Part shown: one piece after another, positions 8,526 to 18,341 of the stretch
Position numbering within the stretch: the stretch's first letter is position 1
How the letters are laid out: each line of letters opens with the position of its first letter
From: a virus
Lineage: Duplodnaviria; Heunggongvirae; Uroviricota; Caudoviricetes
DNA length: 41,650 nucleotides
Reading direction: 5' to 3' (one strand)
IMG/VR virus record: IMGVR_UViG_2778261458_000005
Coordinates: 1-41,650 of that record
The notes under the pieces: generated by a model
The model's database searches: none
Told to the model about the DNA's origin: nothing
Seen by the model: only the letters and a program-made list of their open reading frames with translations
Program-made: the position numbers and the translations under genes

Positions 8526-8602
8526 ATTACGCTATGTACTAAAACCATCCATGCACAAGATGTATTTTTTGTTTGCATTCCAAAAGTACATATCGTATTA
8601 TT
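8526..8602. promoter_or_regulatory. OR operator region with pR and pRM
   Basis: Two 15-bp sites of form AGTAC-N5-GTACT (8526..8540, 8585..8599, one mismatch each); pR -35 TTGCAT (8574..8579) and -10 TATTAT (8597..8602) with 17-bp spacer. Confidence 0.55.
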
Positions 8603-8627
8603 GTTTCATGGTTACTATGGAGGGCAT

Positions 8628-8843
8628 ATGAGCAACCTACGAAAATATCGAGAGTCACTGAATATCTCTCAAACAACACTTGCTAAGGCGGTTGGATGCA
8701 CACAGGGAGCTATCGGACATTGGGAATCTGGTCGTCGCTTCCCAGACCTTAAAACATGCCGTGCTCTTGTTGCGTGCCTAAACAAGTTAGGCGCAAAAGT
8801 CAGTCTTGATGACGTGTTCCCGCCGGAACACAAAGCCGCTTAA
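8628..8843 (+). CDS. cro: Cro-like HTH repressor
   Basis: 71 aa; HTH QTTLAKAVGCTQGAIGHWESG; GGAGGG RBS; divergent from the repressor across OR. Confidence 0.8.
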   Translation: MSNLRKYRESLNISQTTLAKAVGCTQGAIGHWESGRRFPDLKTCRALVACLNKLGAKVSLDDVFPPEHKAA

Positions 8844-8853
8844 TAAGCGGATC

Positions 8854-8888
8854 CGCTCTTTATCAATCTGCACCGCCGACAACGCGGT
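8854..8888 (+). promoter_or_regulatory. nutR (boxA CGCTCTTTA and boxB ACCGCCGACAACGCGGT)
   Basis: boxA matches the consensus; boxB matches P22 nutR as I recall it; immediately after the cro stop. Confidence 0.75.
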
Positions 8889-8901
8889 AACTAATTAATC
8901 G

Positions 8902-8932
8902 CTCATCGAAAGATGAGTATTAGTGATTATTT
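8902..8932 (+). terminator. tR1-like terminator candidate
   Basis: Hairpin CTCATC-GAAA-GATGAG followed by a T-rich stretch. Confidence 0.4.
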
Positions 8933-8952
8933 ACCTATGGAAATAGTAAGAA

Positions 8953-9249
8953 ATGGAACAAACAAGTTACAGCAAACTATCACAGCGCGATGTTGATCGC
9001 GCAGAAACCGATTTACTCATCAACCTGTCAACACTTACCCAGCGCGGTCTGGCAAAGATGATTGGCTGTCATGAATCGAAGATAAGCAGAACGGACTGGA
9101 GATTTATTGCCTCGGTCTTGTGTGCTTTCGGAATGGCATCAGATATCAGTCCGATTAGCAGGGCTTTTAAGTATGCGCTTGATGGACTCACCAATAAAAA
9201 ACGCCCGGCGGCAACCGAGCGTTCTGATCAAATACAAATGGAATTTTAA
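8953..9249 (+). CDS. cII: CII transcriptional activator
   Basis: C-terminus TNKKRPAATERSDQIQMEF matches lambda CII; HTH in the N-half. Confidence 0.85.
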   Translation: MEQTSYSKLSQRDVDRAETDLLINLSTLTQRGLAKMIGCHESKISRTDWRFIASVLCAFGMASDISPISRAFKYALDGLTNKKRPAATERSDQIQMEF

Positions 9250-9270
9250 CAACATCCAACGAGGTAATTA
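9194..9270 (-). ncRNA. oop: oop antisense RNA (5' end approximate)
   Basis: Minus strand reads ...TTTGATCAGAACGCTCGGTTGCCGCCGGGCGTTTTTTATT, matching the 3' hairpin and U-tail of lambda oop as I recall it; overlaps the cII 3' end. Confidence 0.6.
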
Positions 9271-9271
9271 T

Positions 9272-9544
9272 ATGCGAAACAAAGGCTTTAATCCACCTGA
9301 TACACACAAAGAAGCTAAGCGTTTGCGCTTCCTTCGTTCCATTGATGAAAGAACTCAAATCTCTTTTGTGAAAGTTGCCAGAACTGAGCTTCTGAAGGCT
9401 GAGGCGAGGGCGTTGCTCCCGTCTCTACCAAAAGAGGAGGGATATACGTTCATTCCAAACGCATTTCTGGAAAAGCTGCTCAAAGAAGACATATCCGTAA
9501 GTCAGTTTAACGATGTTCTTAAGGTCTTTCGTCAAGGCAGGTAG
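9272..9544 (+). CDS. Hypothetical protein (90 aa) between cII and the replication genes
   Basis: ATG with GAGG RBS; the longer ORF-track frame from 9107 overlaps cII and is rejected. Confidence 0.5.
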   Translation: MRNKGFNPPDTHKEAKRLRFLRSIDERTQISFVKVARTELLKAEARALLPSLPKEEGYTFIPNAFLEKLLKEDISVSQFNDVLKVFRQGR

Positions 9545-9546
9545 TT

Positions 9547-10401
9547 ATGAGCAATACAGCAAAAATCTACGATTTCAGCGCCGCACACGAGCGCAGGAGC
9601 AACAGGATGGAGAACCAGAAAACTGGTTACATTCCGTTGTACCGGAGCATTCTGAAACAGTCATGGGCGAAAGATGTTTATCTTCGCACCCTGTGGGAAA
9701 ACCTTCTCCTGAATGCCGCCAGAAAGCCATACAAAGCGAATTTCAAAGGTCATGAATGGCATCTGCAACCCGGTCAACTGGTTGTGACAGCAGCTGATTT
9801 AGGTCTTCAGTTATGCGACAGGCATGGCAAGCCAGCAAGCCGCGATCAGGTTGAGCGGATGCTTCAGGTTTTTGTGAAAGAGGGGATGATCTCCATTGAT
9901 GGAGAGAAGCAAAAAGGTCGTGTGATCACCATCACAAATTACCATGAATATGCTCAAAAAATGGACAATTCACCCGCACATGAAGCCGCACAAACAACCG
10001 CACATCATGAACAAGAAGGTATTAACAAGAATATAAATAATACCCCCCTACCCCCCAATGGGGGAGGCGATGGGCAGGTTAAACCTGAACGTCGCAAGGC
10101 AGAACGAATCGACTACGAATCCTTCCTGAACGCCTACAACACCGAAGTCGGTGACAGACTTCCACATGCTGTTGCGGTCAACGAGAAACGCAAACGCCGC
10201 CTGAAGAAAATCATTCCGCAACTGAAAACGCCAAACGTGGACGGTTTCAGAGCGTATGTCAGGGCGTTTGTGCATCAGGCCAAGCCGTTTTACTTCGGAG
10301 ACAACGACACGGGCTGGACGGCTGATTTTGATTACCTGCTGAGAGAAGACTCGTTAACGGGAGTTCGGGAAGGGAAGTTTGCAGACAGGGGGATTGCATG
10401 A
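9547..10401 (+). CDS. Replication initiator (lambda O / P22 gene 18 type)
   Basis: N-terminus [11 protein letters not shown]... resembles O/gp18 initiators; directly upstream of the helicase. Confidence 0.8.
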   Translation: MSNTAKIYDFSAAHERRSNRMENQKTGYIPLYRSILKQSWAKDVYLRTLWENLLLNAARKPYKANFKGHEWHLQPGQLVVTAADLGLQLCDRHGKPASRDQVERMLQVFVKEGMISIDGEKQKGRVITITNYHEYAQKMDNSPAHEAAQTTAHHEQEGINKNINNTPLPPNGGGDGQVKPERRKAERIDYESFLNAYNTEVGDRLPHAVAVNEKRKRRLKKIIPQLKTPNVDGFRAYVRAFVHQAKPFYFGDNDTGWTADFDYLLREDSLTGVREGKFADRGIA

Positions 10402-11774
10402 GACAGGATATCGAAGCGAGCGTTATCGGTGGCCTGCTGATTGGTGGATTAACACCAACCGCCAGCGACGTTCTGGCAACGCTGGAGCCGGAAGCGTTTT
10501 CAATTCCGCTCTACCGGAAAGCCTTCGAGGTTATCCGCAAGCAGGCGAGAAACAGAAACCTAATCGACGCGCTGATGGTTGCCGAGGCATGCGGAGAGGA
10601 GCATTTCACGTCAATCCTGATGACCAGCAAAAACTGCCCGAGTGCCGCAAACCTGAAGGGATATGCCGGAATGGTCGCGGATAATTATCACCGCCGTCTG
10701 GTGCTGGAAATCATGGATGAAATGCGTGAACCAATTCAGAGCGGAACCATCGACGCATCGAGTCAGGCGATGGATGAACTTGTAAAACGTCTCTCAGCCA
10801 TCAGAAAGCCCCGTGACGAGGTAAAACCTGTACGGTTAGGGGAAATCATTACTGACTACACTGACACGCTTGACAGACGTCTGAGGAACGGAGAAGAGTC
10901 AGATACCCTGAAGACCGGAATCGAAGAACTTGATGCCATCACCGGAGGGATGAACGCGGAAGACCTGGTGATAATCGCTGCTCGTCCTGGTATGGGGAAA
11001 ACCGAACTGGCGCTGAAGATTGCCGAAGGCGTTGCAAGCCGCGTTATTCCTGGTTCTGACGTCCGGCGCGGAGTCTTGATTTTCTCGATGGAAATGAGCG
11101 CATTGCAGATCGCAGAGCGAAGCATTGCCAACGCCGGGAGGATGTCGGTTAACGTACTGCGAAATCCTGCATCGATGGATGACGAAGGCTGGGCGCGTGT
11201 TGCTAACGGCATGAGTCAGCTTGCAGATTTGGATGTATGGGTAGTCGATGCCTCGCGGTTATCGGTCGAAGAAATACGCTCAATCGCAGAACGGCATAAA
11301 CAGGAAAATCCAAACCTGTCACTCATCATGGCGGATTATCTTGGCCTGATTGAGAAGCCGAAAGCAGACCGCAACGACCTCGCAATTGCTCACATCTCCG
11401 GAAGCCTGAAGGCGATGGCGAAAGACCTGAAAACGCCTGTTATCTCCCTTAGTCAGCTTTCGCGCGATGTTGAGAAGCGACCAAACAAACGCCCGACAAA
11501 CGCAGATTTGCGTGATTCAGGAAGCATTGAACAGGACGCAGACTCAATCATCATGCTCTATCGGGAAGCGGTATATGACGAGAACAGTAGCGCCGCGCCA
11601 TTTGCTGAAATCATCGTGACGAAAAACCGTTTTGGCTCACTTGGTACGGTTTACCAGCGGTTCTGCAACGGACACTTTGTTGCATGTGACCAGGATGAAG
11701 CCAGACAGATTTGCACAGCATCAAATGCACCCGCTGCACGTGGCAGACGATATGCACAAGGGGCTGACGTATGA
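10398..11774 (+). CDS. DnaB-family replicative helicase (P22 gene 12 type)
   Basis: 458 aa; Walker A ARPGMGKT; DnaB C-terminal domain motifs; ATG overlaps the upstream stop. Confidence 0.9.
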   Translation: MRQDIEASVIGGLLIGGLTPTASDVLATLEPEAFSIPLYRKAFEVIRKQARNRNLIDALMVAEACGEEHFTSILMTSKNCPSAANLKGYAGMVADNYHRRLVLEIMDEMREPIQSGTIDASSQAMDELVKRLSAIRKPRDEVKPVRLGEIITDYTDTLDRRLRNGEESDTLKTGIEELDAITGGMNAEDLVIIAARPGMGKTELALKIAEGVASRVIPGSDVRRGVLIFSMEMSALQIAERSIANAGRMSVNVLRNPASMDDEGWARVANGMSQLADLDVWVVDASRLSVEEIRSIAERHKQENPNLSLIMADYLGLIEKPKADRNDLAIAHISGSLKAMAKDLKTPVISLSQLSRDVEKRPNKRPTNADLRDSGSIEQDADSIIMLYREAVYDENSSAAPFAEIIVTKNRFGSLGTVYQRFCNGHFVACDQDEARQICTASNAPAARGRRYAQGADV

Positions 11775-11801
11775 CCATCTACATCACTGAGATAATAACA
11801 G

Positions 11802-11830
11802 GGGCTATTTACACAGTAGCCCTTTTTTTA
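11802..11830 (+). terminator. Rho-independent terminator after the replication genes
   Basis: Stem GGGCTA/TAGCCC with 9-nt loop followed by TTTTTTTA. Confidence 0.6.
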
Positions 11831-11856
11831 TTGGATTAAGAATGAGGGGGATTCTG

Positions 11857-12069
11857 ATGGACACCGTTAACGGAATGTGTTCAGACGCACCGCGTGCCAA
11901 AAAATGTAAATGCGGAAAATCACCGACAATATTCGACATGGAGAACGGGTGCCAAATCTACTGCGCTAACCACGCTGCTGTGGCGGCCGCGAATTATCGC
12001 AGTGCGGTAACGGAGTGGAATAACCTGAAATCTGTTAGAGAGGGAAGTCATGAAAAAACTAACCTTTGA
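11857..12069 (+). CDS. Hypothetical Cys-containing small protein
   Basis: ATG with GAGGGGG RBS; 70 aa. Confidence 0.45.
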   Translation: MDTVNGMCSDAPRAKKCKCGKSPTIFDMENGCQIYCANHAAVAAANYRSAVTEWNNLKSVREGSHEKTNL

Positions 12070-12490
12070 AATTCGATCCCCAGCACATCAGCAAAACGCT
12101 ATTCACGCGGTACAGCAAATTCTTCCAGACCCAACCAAACCAATCGTAGTAACCATTCAGGAACGCAACCGCAGCTTAGACCAGAATCGAAAGCTTTGGG
12201 CTTGCCTTGGTGACGTCTCTCGTCAGGTTGAATGGCATGGGCGCTGGCTGGATGCAGAAAGCTGGAAGTGTGTGTTTACCGCAGCATTAAAGCAGCAGGA
12301 CGTTGTTCCTAACCTTGCCGGGAATGGCTTTGTGGTAATAGGCCAGTCAACCAGCAGGATGCGTGTAAGCGAATTTGCGGAGCTATTAGAGCTTATACAG
12401 GCATTCGGTACAGAGCGTGGCGTTAAGTGGTCAGACGAAGCGCGACTGGCTCTCGAATGGAAAGCGCGATGGGGAGATCGGGCTGCATGA
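12050..12490 (+). CDS. ninB: NinB (Orf-family recombination mediator)
   Basis: 146 aa, near-identical to lambda NinB as I recall it (MKKLTFEIRSPAHQQNAIHAVQQILPDPTKP...). Confidence 0.9.
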   Translation: MKKLTFEIRSPAHQQNAIHAVQQILPDPTKPIVVTIQERNRSLDQNRKLWACLGDVSRQVEWHGRWLDAESWKCVFTAALKQQDVVPNLAGNGFVVIGQSTSRMRVSEFAELLELIQAFGTERGVKWSDEARLALEWKARWGDRAA

Positions 12491-13014
12491 CTATCAAATC
12501 AAATACGCCGGCACACGACAAGGACTGCTGGCAAACGCCGTTTTGGCTTTTTGATGCACTGGATATTGAGTTTGGATTCTGGCTGGATTCGGCAGCGAGC
12601 GACAAAAATGCTCTGTGCGCTCACTGGTTAACTGAGGCCGACGACGCGCTCAATTCTGAGTGGGTAAGCCACGGTGCAATCTGGAATAACCCACCGTACA
12701 GCAATATCAGGCCGTGGGTGGAAAAAGCCGCTGAGCAGTGCATACAACAGCGACAGACGGTAGTTATGCTTGTGCCAGAGGATATGTCAGTCGGATGGTT
12801 CAGCAAGGCTCTGGAGAGCGTTGACGAAGTTCGCATCATCACTGATGGACGGATTAATTTTATCGAACCATCGACGGGGCTGGAGAAGAAGGGAAACAGC
12901 AAAGGCTCAATGCTGCTGATTTGGCGCCCGTTCATCAGTCCTCGACGGATGTTTACTACCGTATCCAAAGCGGCATTGATGGCGATCGGGCAGGGCGTCA
13001 GGAGGGTGGCATGA
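12487..13014 (+). CDS. Phage DNA N6-adenine methyltransferase (Dam-like)
   Basis: NPPY catalytic motif (IWNNPPYS); start at ATG 12487 overlapping the ninB stop (ATGA). Confidence 0.8.
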   Translation: MTIKSNTPAHDKDCWQTPFWLFDALDIEFGFWLDSAASDKNALCAHWLTEADDALNSEWVSHGAIWNNPPYSNIRPWVEKAAEQCIQQRQTVVMLVPEDMSVGWFSKALESVDEVRIITDGRINFIEPSTGLEKKGNSKGSMLLIWRPFISPRRMFTTVSKAALMAIGQGVRRVA

Positions 13015-13193
13015 GGCGACAGCGACGAAGTATCACCGACATAATCTGCGAAAACTGCAAATACCTTCCAACGAAACGCTCCAGAAATAAACGCAAGCCA
13101 ATCCCAAAAGAATCTGACGTAAAAACCTTCAACTACACGGCTCACCTGTGGGATATCCGGTGGCTTAGAGAACGTGCGAGGAAAACAAGGTGA
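13011..13193 (+). CDS. ninE: NinE
   Basis: 60 aa, [30 protein letters not shown]... matches lambda NinE as I recall it; ATGA overlap. Confidence 0.8.
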   Translation: MRRQRRSITDIICENCKYLPTKRSRNKRKPIPKESDVKTFNYTAHLWDIRWLRERARKTR

Positions 13194-13360
13194 TTGACCA
13201 AAATCGAAGTTACGAACAAGGAAGTGTCGAGCGAGCTTTAACGTGCGCTAACTGCGGTCAGAAGCTGCATGTGCTGGAAGTTCACGTGTGTGAGCACTGC
13301 TGCGCAGAACTGATGAGCGATCCGAATAGCTCGATGCACGAGGAAGAAGACGATGGCTAA
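13190..13360 (+). CDS. ninF: NinF
   Basis: GTG start; translation (V)[37 protein letters not shown]... matches lambda NinF; below ORF-track cutoff. Confidence 0.7.
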   Translation: MIDQNRSYEQGSVERALTCANCGQKLHVLEVHVCEHCCAELMSDPNSSMHEEEDDG

Positions 13361-13964
13361 ACCAGCGCGAAGACGATGTAAAAACGATGAATGTCGGGAA
13401 TGGTTTCACCCTGCATTCGCCAATCAGTGGTGGTGCTCTCCAGAGTGTGGAACCAAGATAGCACTCGAACGACGAAGCAAAGAACGCGAAAAAGCGGAAA
13501 AGGCAGCAGAGAAGAAACGACGACGAGAGGAGCAGAAACAGAAAGATAAACTTAAGATTCGAAAACTCGCCTTAAAGCCCCGCAGTTACTGGATTAAACA
13601 AGCCCAACAAGCCGTAAACGCCTTCATCAGAGAAAGAGACCGCGACTTACCATGTATCTCGTGCGGAACGCTCACGTCTGCTCAGTGGGATGCCGGGCAT
13701 TACCGGACAACTGCTGCGGCGCCTCAACTCCGATTTGATGAACGCAATATTCACAAGCAATGCGTGGTGTGCAACCAGCACAAAAGCGGAAATCTCGTTC
13801 CGTATCGCGTCGAACTGATTAACCGCATCGGGCAGGAAGCAGTAGACGAAATCGAATCAAACCATAACCGCCATCGCTGGACTGTCGAAGAGTGCAGGGC
13901 CATCAAGGCGGAGTATCAACAGAAACTTAAAAAACTGCGAAACAGCAGAAGTGAGGCTGCATGA
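13353..13964 (+). CDS. ninG: NinG (Rap recombination endonuclease)
   Basis: 203 aa; N-terminus [32 protein letters not shown] matches lambda NinG. Confidence 0.9.
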   Translation: MAKPARRRCKNDECREWFHPAFANQWWCSPECGTKIALERRSKEREKAEKAAEKKRRREEQKQKDKLKIRKLALKPRSYWIKQAQQAVNAFIRERDRDLPCISCGTLTSAQWDAGHYRTTAAAPQLRFDERNIHKQCVVCNQHKSGNLVPYRVELINRIGQEAVDEIESNHNRHRWTVEECRAIKAEYQQKLKKLRNSRSEAA

Positions 13965-14632
13965 ATATCTACGAAAGAATTGATGGCAGCAAATACCGAA
14001 ATATTTGGGTAGTTGGCGATCTGCACGGATGCTACACGAACCTGATGAACAAACTGGATACGATTGGATTCGACAACAAAAAAGACCTGCTTATCTCGGT
14101 GGGCGATTTGGTTGATCGTGGTGCAGAGAACGTTGAATGCCTGGAATTAATCACATTCCCCTGGTTCAGAGCTGTACGTGGAAACCATGAGCAAATGATG
14201 ATTGATGGCTTATCAGAGCGTGGAAACGTTAATCACTGGCTGCTTAATGGCGGTGGCTGGTTCTTTAATCTCGATTACGACAAAGAAATTCTGGCTAAAG
14301 CTCTTGCCCATAAAGCAGAAGAACTTCCGTTAATCATCGAACTGGTGAGCAAAGGTAAAAAATATGTCATCTGCCACGCCGATTATCCTTGTGACGAATA
14401 CGAATTTGGAAAGCCAGTTGATCATCAGCAGGTAATCTGGAACCGCGAACGAATCAGCAACTCACAAGACGGGATCGTTAAAGAAATTAAAGGCGCGGAC
14501 ACGTTTATCTTTGGTCATACGCCAGCAGTGAAACCACTCAAATTTGCCAACCAGATGTATATCGATACTGGGGCAGTGTTCTGCGGAAATCTCACATTGA
14601 TTCAGGTACAGGGAGAAGGCGCGTGGGCATAA
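13961..14632 (+). CDS. Ser/Thr protein phosphatase (lambda PPase type)
   Basis: Metallophosphatase motifs GDLHG, GDLVDRG, GNHE; near-identical to lambda PPase as I recall it. Confidence 0.9.
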   Translation: MNIYERIDGSKYRNIWVVGDLHGCYTNLMNKLDTIGFDNKKDLLISVGDLVDRGAENVECLELITFPWFRAVRGNHEQMMIDGLSERGNVNHWLLNGGGWFFNLDYDKEILAKALAHKAEELPLIIELVSKGKKYVICHADYPCDEYEFGKPVDHQQVIWNRERISNSQDGIVKEIKGADTFIFGHTPAVKPLKFANQMYIDTGAVFCGNLTLIQVQGEGAWA

Positions 14633-15111
14633 GAGAACTAAACCTCACCAAAGAACAGCACGAGTGGCTGAATGGCTGGCTTGAACTGTGGGGCGCATGG
14701 GTTTATTCAGGTCGTCTGGAAAAGCGCATGAGCAGCGTAATAGCTAAGTTCATGGAGAGCGTAGAGCCGGGAAGAGTTATGACAAGGCCAATGTGTAATG
14801 ATGATGATGGAATGTTGATTTCTCAGGTCGTCGATTCCGTCATGTACATTGACAAGAAAGCCTTTGGCATCCTCCTCAGCTACTACGCCCACGGCTCTTC
14901 CAAGCACGCCATTGCATCTTACTATCATCGCGTCGCAAGACCTCGCAAGATGTTATGCCGGGGCGGCGGGCGCATTCAAAAACCATCGCTCGCAACCTGT
15001 CGACGGGAAGTTGACGAAATCCTCAATGCCTCGTTGTTTATGATTTACCCGGTTCTGGATAGTGCGTTTAAAAACCGGAAACGTGTAGAGAAAATTAAAC
15101 ATGTAGCATAG
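14623..15111 (+). CDS. Late-gene antiterminator Q (P22 gene 23 family)
   Basis: LELWGAW...CNDDDGML resembles P22 gp23; GTG start overlapping the phosphatase stop (start uncertain). Confidence 0.75.
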   Translation: MGIRELNLTKEQHEWLNGWLELWGAWVYSGRLEKRMSSVIAKFMESVEPGRVMTRPMCNDDDGMLISQVVDSVMYIDKKAFGILLSYYAHGSSKHAIASYYHRVARPRKMLCRGGGRIQKPSLATCRREVDEILNASLFMIYPVLDSAFKNRKRVEKIKHVA

Positions 15112-15117
15112 AACGTG

Positions 15118-15146
15118 TTGACATCATTGAGCAAATGAGCAACACT
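15118..15146 (+). promoter_or_regulatory. Candidate late promoter PR' (-35 TTGACA)
   Basis: TTGACA 7 bp after the Q stop; -10 element unclear. Confidence 0.35.
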
Positions 15147-15156
15147 ATTCGCATAA

Positions 15157-15198
15157 GCTGCCGTTAGTGACTCTTAAGTTGCAACGGTGGCTTTTTTT
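15157..15198 (+). terminator. tR'-like terminator (end of a short 6S-like leader)
   Basis: Stem GCTGCCGTT/AACGGTGGC with G-U pairs followed by TTTTTTT. Confidence 0.55.
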
Positions 15199-15202
15199 AT
15201 TT

Positions 15203-15277
15203 GGGTCAGTCGTATAAAGGTCATTACGGAAGGCTGTTAACCTTCTTATCGTGGTTCGAGTCCACGCTGTCCCGCCA
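15203..15277 (+). tRNA. Phage tRNA, atypical; anticodon GUU (Asn) if the fold is correct
   Basis: Manual fold: T-arm CGTGG-TTCGAGT-CCACG, anticodon stem GAAGG/CCTTC with loop CTGTTAA, 3' GCCA; one acceptor mismatch and a compressed D-arm. Confidence 0.45.
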
Positions 15278-15282
15278 AATAT

Positions 15283-15358
15283 GCTGGTTTAGCTCCAATG
15301 GTAGAGCGGTCGCCTTGTAAGCGAATGGGTAGCGGTTCAAGTCCGTTAACCAGCACCA
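15283..15358 (+). tRNA. Phage tRNA, anticodon UGU (Thr) by manual fold
   Basis: Perfect acceptor stem GCTGGTT/AACCAGC, D-arm GCTC-CAATGGTA-GAGC, anticodon loop CTTGTAA, T-arm AGCGG-TTCAAGT-CCGTT, 3' ACCA. Confidence 0.7.
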
Positions 15359-15600
15359 TAACTGAGCCGTAGCCACTGGCTATCCTGAATTCATCAGTGA
15401 TAGTTACGCTGCGGCCTTCTACACATGACCTTCGTGAAAGCGGGTGGCATGAGGTTGCGATAACAACCTCATGCCGTTTTGCCCGTGCATATCGGTCACG
15501 AACAAATCTGATTACTAAACACAGTAGCCTGGATTTGTTCTATCAGTAATCGACCTTATTCCTAATTAAATAGAGCAAATCCCCTTATTGGGGGTAAGAC

Positions 15601-15924
15601 ATGAAGATGCCAGAAAAACATGACCTGTTAGCCGCCATTCTCGCGGCAAAGGAACAAGGCATCGGGGCAATCCTTGCGTTTGCAATGGCGTACCTTCGCG
15701 GCAGATATAATGGCGGTGCGTTTACAAAAACAGTAATCGACGCAACGATGTGCGCCATTATCGCCTGGTTCATTCGTGACCTTCTCGACTTCGCCGGACT
15801 AAGTAGCAATCTCGCTTATATAACGAGCGTGTTCATCGGCTACATCGGCACTGACTCGATTGGTTCGCTTATCAAACGCTTCGCTGCTAAAAAAGCCGGA
15901 GTAGAAGATGGTGGAAATCAATAA
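15601..15924 (+). CDS. S: Holin (lambda S type, dual-start MKM motif)
   Basis: 107 aa, near-identical to lambda S as I recall it. Confidence 0.9.
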   Translation: MKMPEKHDLLAAILAAKEQGIGAILAFAMAYLRGRYNGGAFTKTVIDATMCAIIAWFIRDLLDFAGLSSNLAYITSVFIGYIGTDSIGSLIKRFAAKKAGVEDGGNQ

Positions 15925-16384
15925 TCAACGTAAGGCGTTCCTCGATATGCTGGCGTGGTCGGAGGGAACTGATAACGGACGTCAGAAAACCAGAAATCAT
16001 GGTTATGACGTCATTGTTGGCGGAGAGTTATTCACTGATTACTCCGATCACCCTCGCAAACTTGTCACGCTAAACCCAAAACTCAAATCAACAGCCGCCG
16101 GACGTTACCAGCTTCTTTCTCGTTGGTGGGATGCTTATCGTAAGCAGCTTGGCCTGAAAGACTTCTCTCCGAAAAGCCAGGACGCTGTGGCATTGCAGCA
16201 GATTAAAGAGCGTGGCGCTTTACCGATGATTGATCGCGGTGATATCCGTCAGGCAATCGACCGTTGCAGTAATATCTGGGCTTCACTGCCGGGCGCTGGT
16301 TATGGTCAGTTCGAGCATAAGGCTGACAGCCTGATTGTAAAATTCAAAGAAGCGGGCGGAACGGTCAGAGAGATTGAGGTATGA
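15908..16384 (+). CDS. R: Endolysin (lambda R lytic transglycosylase)
   Basis: 158 aa; [39 protein letters not shown] matches lambda R. Confidence 0.9.
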   Translation: MVEINNQRKAFLDMLAWSEGTDNGRQKTRNHGYDVIVGGELFTDYSDHPRKLVTLNPKLKSTAAGRYQLLSRWWDAYRKQLGLKDFSPKSQDAVALQQIKERGALPMIDRGDIRQAIDRCSNIWASLPGAGYGQFEHKADSLIVKFKEAGGTVREIEV

Positions 16385-16848
16385 GCAGAGTAACCGCGAT
16401 TATCTCCGCTCTGATTATCTGCATCGTCGTCTGCCTGTCATGGGCTGTTAATCATTACCGTGATAACGCCATTACCTATAAAGAACAGCGCGATAAAAAA
16501 GTCAGTGAGCTGAAGCAGGCGACTGCCACCATTACTGACATGCAGCAGCGCCAGCGTACTGCTGATGCACTAGATGCTAAATACACGAAGGAGTTAGCTG
16601 ATGCGAAAGCTGAAAATGATGCTCTTCGGCGCAAGCTTGATAATGGTGGTCGGGTGCTCGTCAAAGGAAAATGCCCTGTGCCATCCTCAGACGAAACCTC
16701 CAGCGCCTCCGGCATGGGCAATGATGCCACCGTCGAACTCTCTCCAGTTGCTGGACGAAACGTTCTCGGTATCCGGGACGGAATTATCCGCGACCAAACA
16801 GCACTGAGAACGCTTCAGGAATACATCAGGACGCAATGCCTTCGATGA
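16381..16848 (+). CDS. Rz: Spanin inner-membrane subunit Rz
   Basis: 155 aa, N-terminal TM helix then coiled coil; overlaps the R stop. Confidence 0.85.
   Translation: MSRVTAIISALIICIVVCLSWAVNHYRDNAITYKEQRDKKVSELKQATATITDMQQRQRTADALDAKYTKELADAKAENDALRRKLDNGGRVLVKGKCPVPSSDETSSASGMGNDATVELSPVAGRNVLGIRDGIIRDQTALRTLQEYIRTQCLR
16601..16807 (+). CDS. Rz1: Spanin outer-membrane lipoprotein Rz1 (embedded in Rz, +1 frame)
   Basis: ATG start; signal peptide with lipobox VVGCSS; proline-rich mature region; wholly inside Rz. Confidence 0.75.
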   Translation: MRKLKMMLFGASLIMVVGCSSKENALCHPQTKPPAPPAWAMMPPSNSLQLLDETFSVSGTELSATKQH

Positions 16849-17192
16849 TAGCGATAATTTTACTCATCATCCTTCACATCTGGCTCTGTAGACAGGGTGG
16901 TGAACACTTCTGGAGTGAATCCAGATTAAACATCTCATTGCTGATGCTTGATATTGAGCATTTGGCGCGCGGTAAGGGGCTGCGTTGAGATAAGAGCCAG
17001 TCATTACAAATACCAGGATTTAGCCTCGCATTCGCGGGGCTTTTTTACATCTGCAGTAAACCGCGCATCGCAGCGCGTAACAATCCCGAGTCTTTCAGAA
17101 AGCTGAGCCTGAGAACTGCCGTATATGGTGGCGACCATCTCGGGGCGGCTTTTCTGTGCGAACAGGCTCACTTTCTAAAAGGTAAAGACGCT

Positions 17193-17711
17193 ATGAATCA
17201 TCAATTGGCTAATCTCGATTTTCGGGACATGGTGGTTGTTTCTGGTGATCGCGTGATCACAACCTCCCGCAAGGTAGCAGCTTACTTCGACAAGCAGCAT
17301 CACCACATCATTCAGAAAATCGAAAAGCTAGACTGTTCGGATGAATTTCTAACCAGCAACTTTTCGCGGGTTACCTATGAACACAAGGGTAATCAGTATG
17401 TTGAATATGAAATTTCCAAAGACGGTGCGATGTACATCATCATGTCGTTTACCGGCAAAAAAGCTGCCGCCATCAAAGAGGCGTTTATCAAAGCATTTAA
17501 TTGGATGCGTGACAGGCTGATGGAGATGGCTCACTCATACCAAAGAGAGCACAACGAGTTAATGCTGGAGTTCATGAAGGAAAAGGATGTTGCCAGTATG
17601 TCAGGACGCTTGCTGAACCGCTGGGGCAGGATCAAAAAACCGCAACTCATAGCAAGAATCGAAAGGCTTGAGCAGCAGGCGCAAATATCGATCCCCGGAC
17701 TGCCAAAGTGA
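17193..17711 (+). CDS. Rha-family phage regulatory protein
   Basis: N-terminal region (VVVSGDRVITTSRKVAAYFDKQHHHIIQKIEKL) typical of Rha-domain proteins. Confidence 0.75.
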   Translation: MNHQLANLDFRDMVVVSGDRVITTSRKVAAYFDKQHHHIIQKIEKLDCSDEFLTSNFSRVTYEHKGNQYVEYEISKDGAMYIIMSFTGKKAAAIKEAFIKAFNWMRDRLMEMAHSYQREHNELMLEFMKEKDVASMSGRLLNRWGRIKKPQLIARIERLEQQAQISIPGLPK

Positions 17712-18063
17712 CCATTCCAAAGCCCATCTACTGGTGGGCTTGATAATGAAACCGTGATTTACATCCCCACAATCCGGGTATGTAAAAGATAGTTCAGGCG
17801 AGAACAGATTTAACTAAATCTGTGCACCGCCAGTTACAGCAGTACAGCGAAACAACCCAAGCCAGTAAGTGGGGAAATAACACTGGCAGCCACTGAAAGA
17901 TGAACCTCCAGCCTTATGGCAAAAAAGATTCTTTGTGGTGGCGGACTGATGGAAAGACATCGGTTATTGCAGAGGCCATTCAATGAGTGGTCTCGACAAT
18001 GGCTTATACCATACACGGGATAACTTAACTGATATCCCTTTTAACGGATAAACGGAGCCAACA

Positions 18064-18306
18064 ATGGCAGAGATTATTCCCATGACTGAAGAACAGAAAT
18101 TCCAGTTAGAGATTTACAAACTGGTCATGAACCAGAACGCAGCCGCAGAAGAAGCATTTCAGTTCATTGGTACTGATGAGCTGAAGCTTGAGCTATTCAA
18201 AATTCACTTCCAGTCAGGCGGCGCTAATTCTGATATCGCGACCCGCACTATCGAAGCGGTGCGTAAATCGAAGGAAGCGTTAGACCTGTTTACTACCGGA
18301 GCATGA
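18064..18306 (+). CDS. Hypothetical protein upstream of the small terminase
   Basis: 80 aa; ATG with GGAG RBS. Confidence 0.5.
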   Translation: MAEIIPMTEEQKFQLEIYKLVMNQNAAAEEAFQFIGTDELKLELFKIHFQSGGANSDIATRTIEAVRKSKEALDLFTTGA

Positions 18307-18341
18307 TGCTCAACCTGAAATAACAAATAAGTGAGATGAAT

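Noticed and set aside
9107-9544. 145-aa ORF-track frame overlapping cII
   Set aside because: The first 55 codons overlap the conserved cII C-terminus in another frame with no RBS; only the part from ATG 9272 (GAGG RBS) is accepted.
12621-13145. 174-aa minus-strand ORF inside the methyltransferase and ninE
   Set aside because: Antisense shadow ORF across two well-supported plus-strand genes; no RBS.
16834-16989. Small hydrophobic plus-strand ORF (about 51 aa) starting inside the Rz 3' end
   Set aside because: Weak RBS and the start overlaps the Rz coding end; possibly a real membrane peptide but not supportable from sequence alone.
17834-18016. 60-aa minus-strand ORF between the Rha gene and the terminase region
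   Set aside because: No RBS, odd composition, opposite to the flanking late transcription; treated as non-coding.
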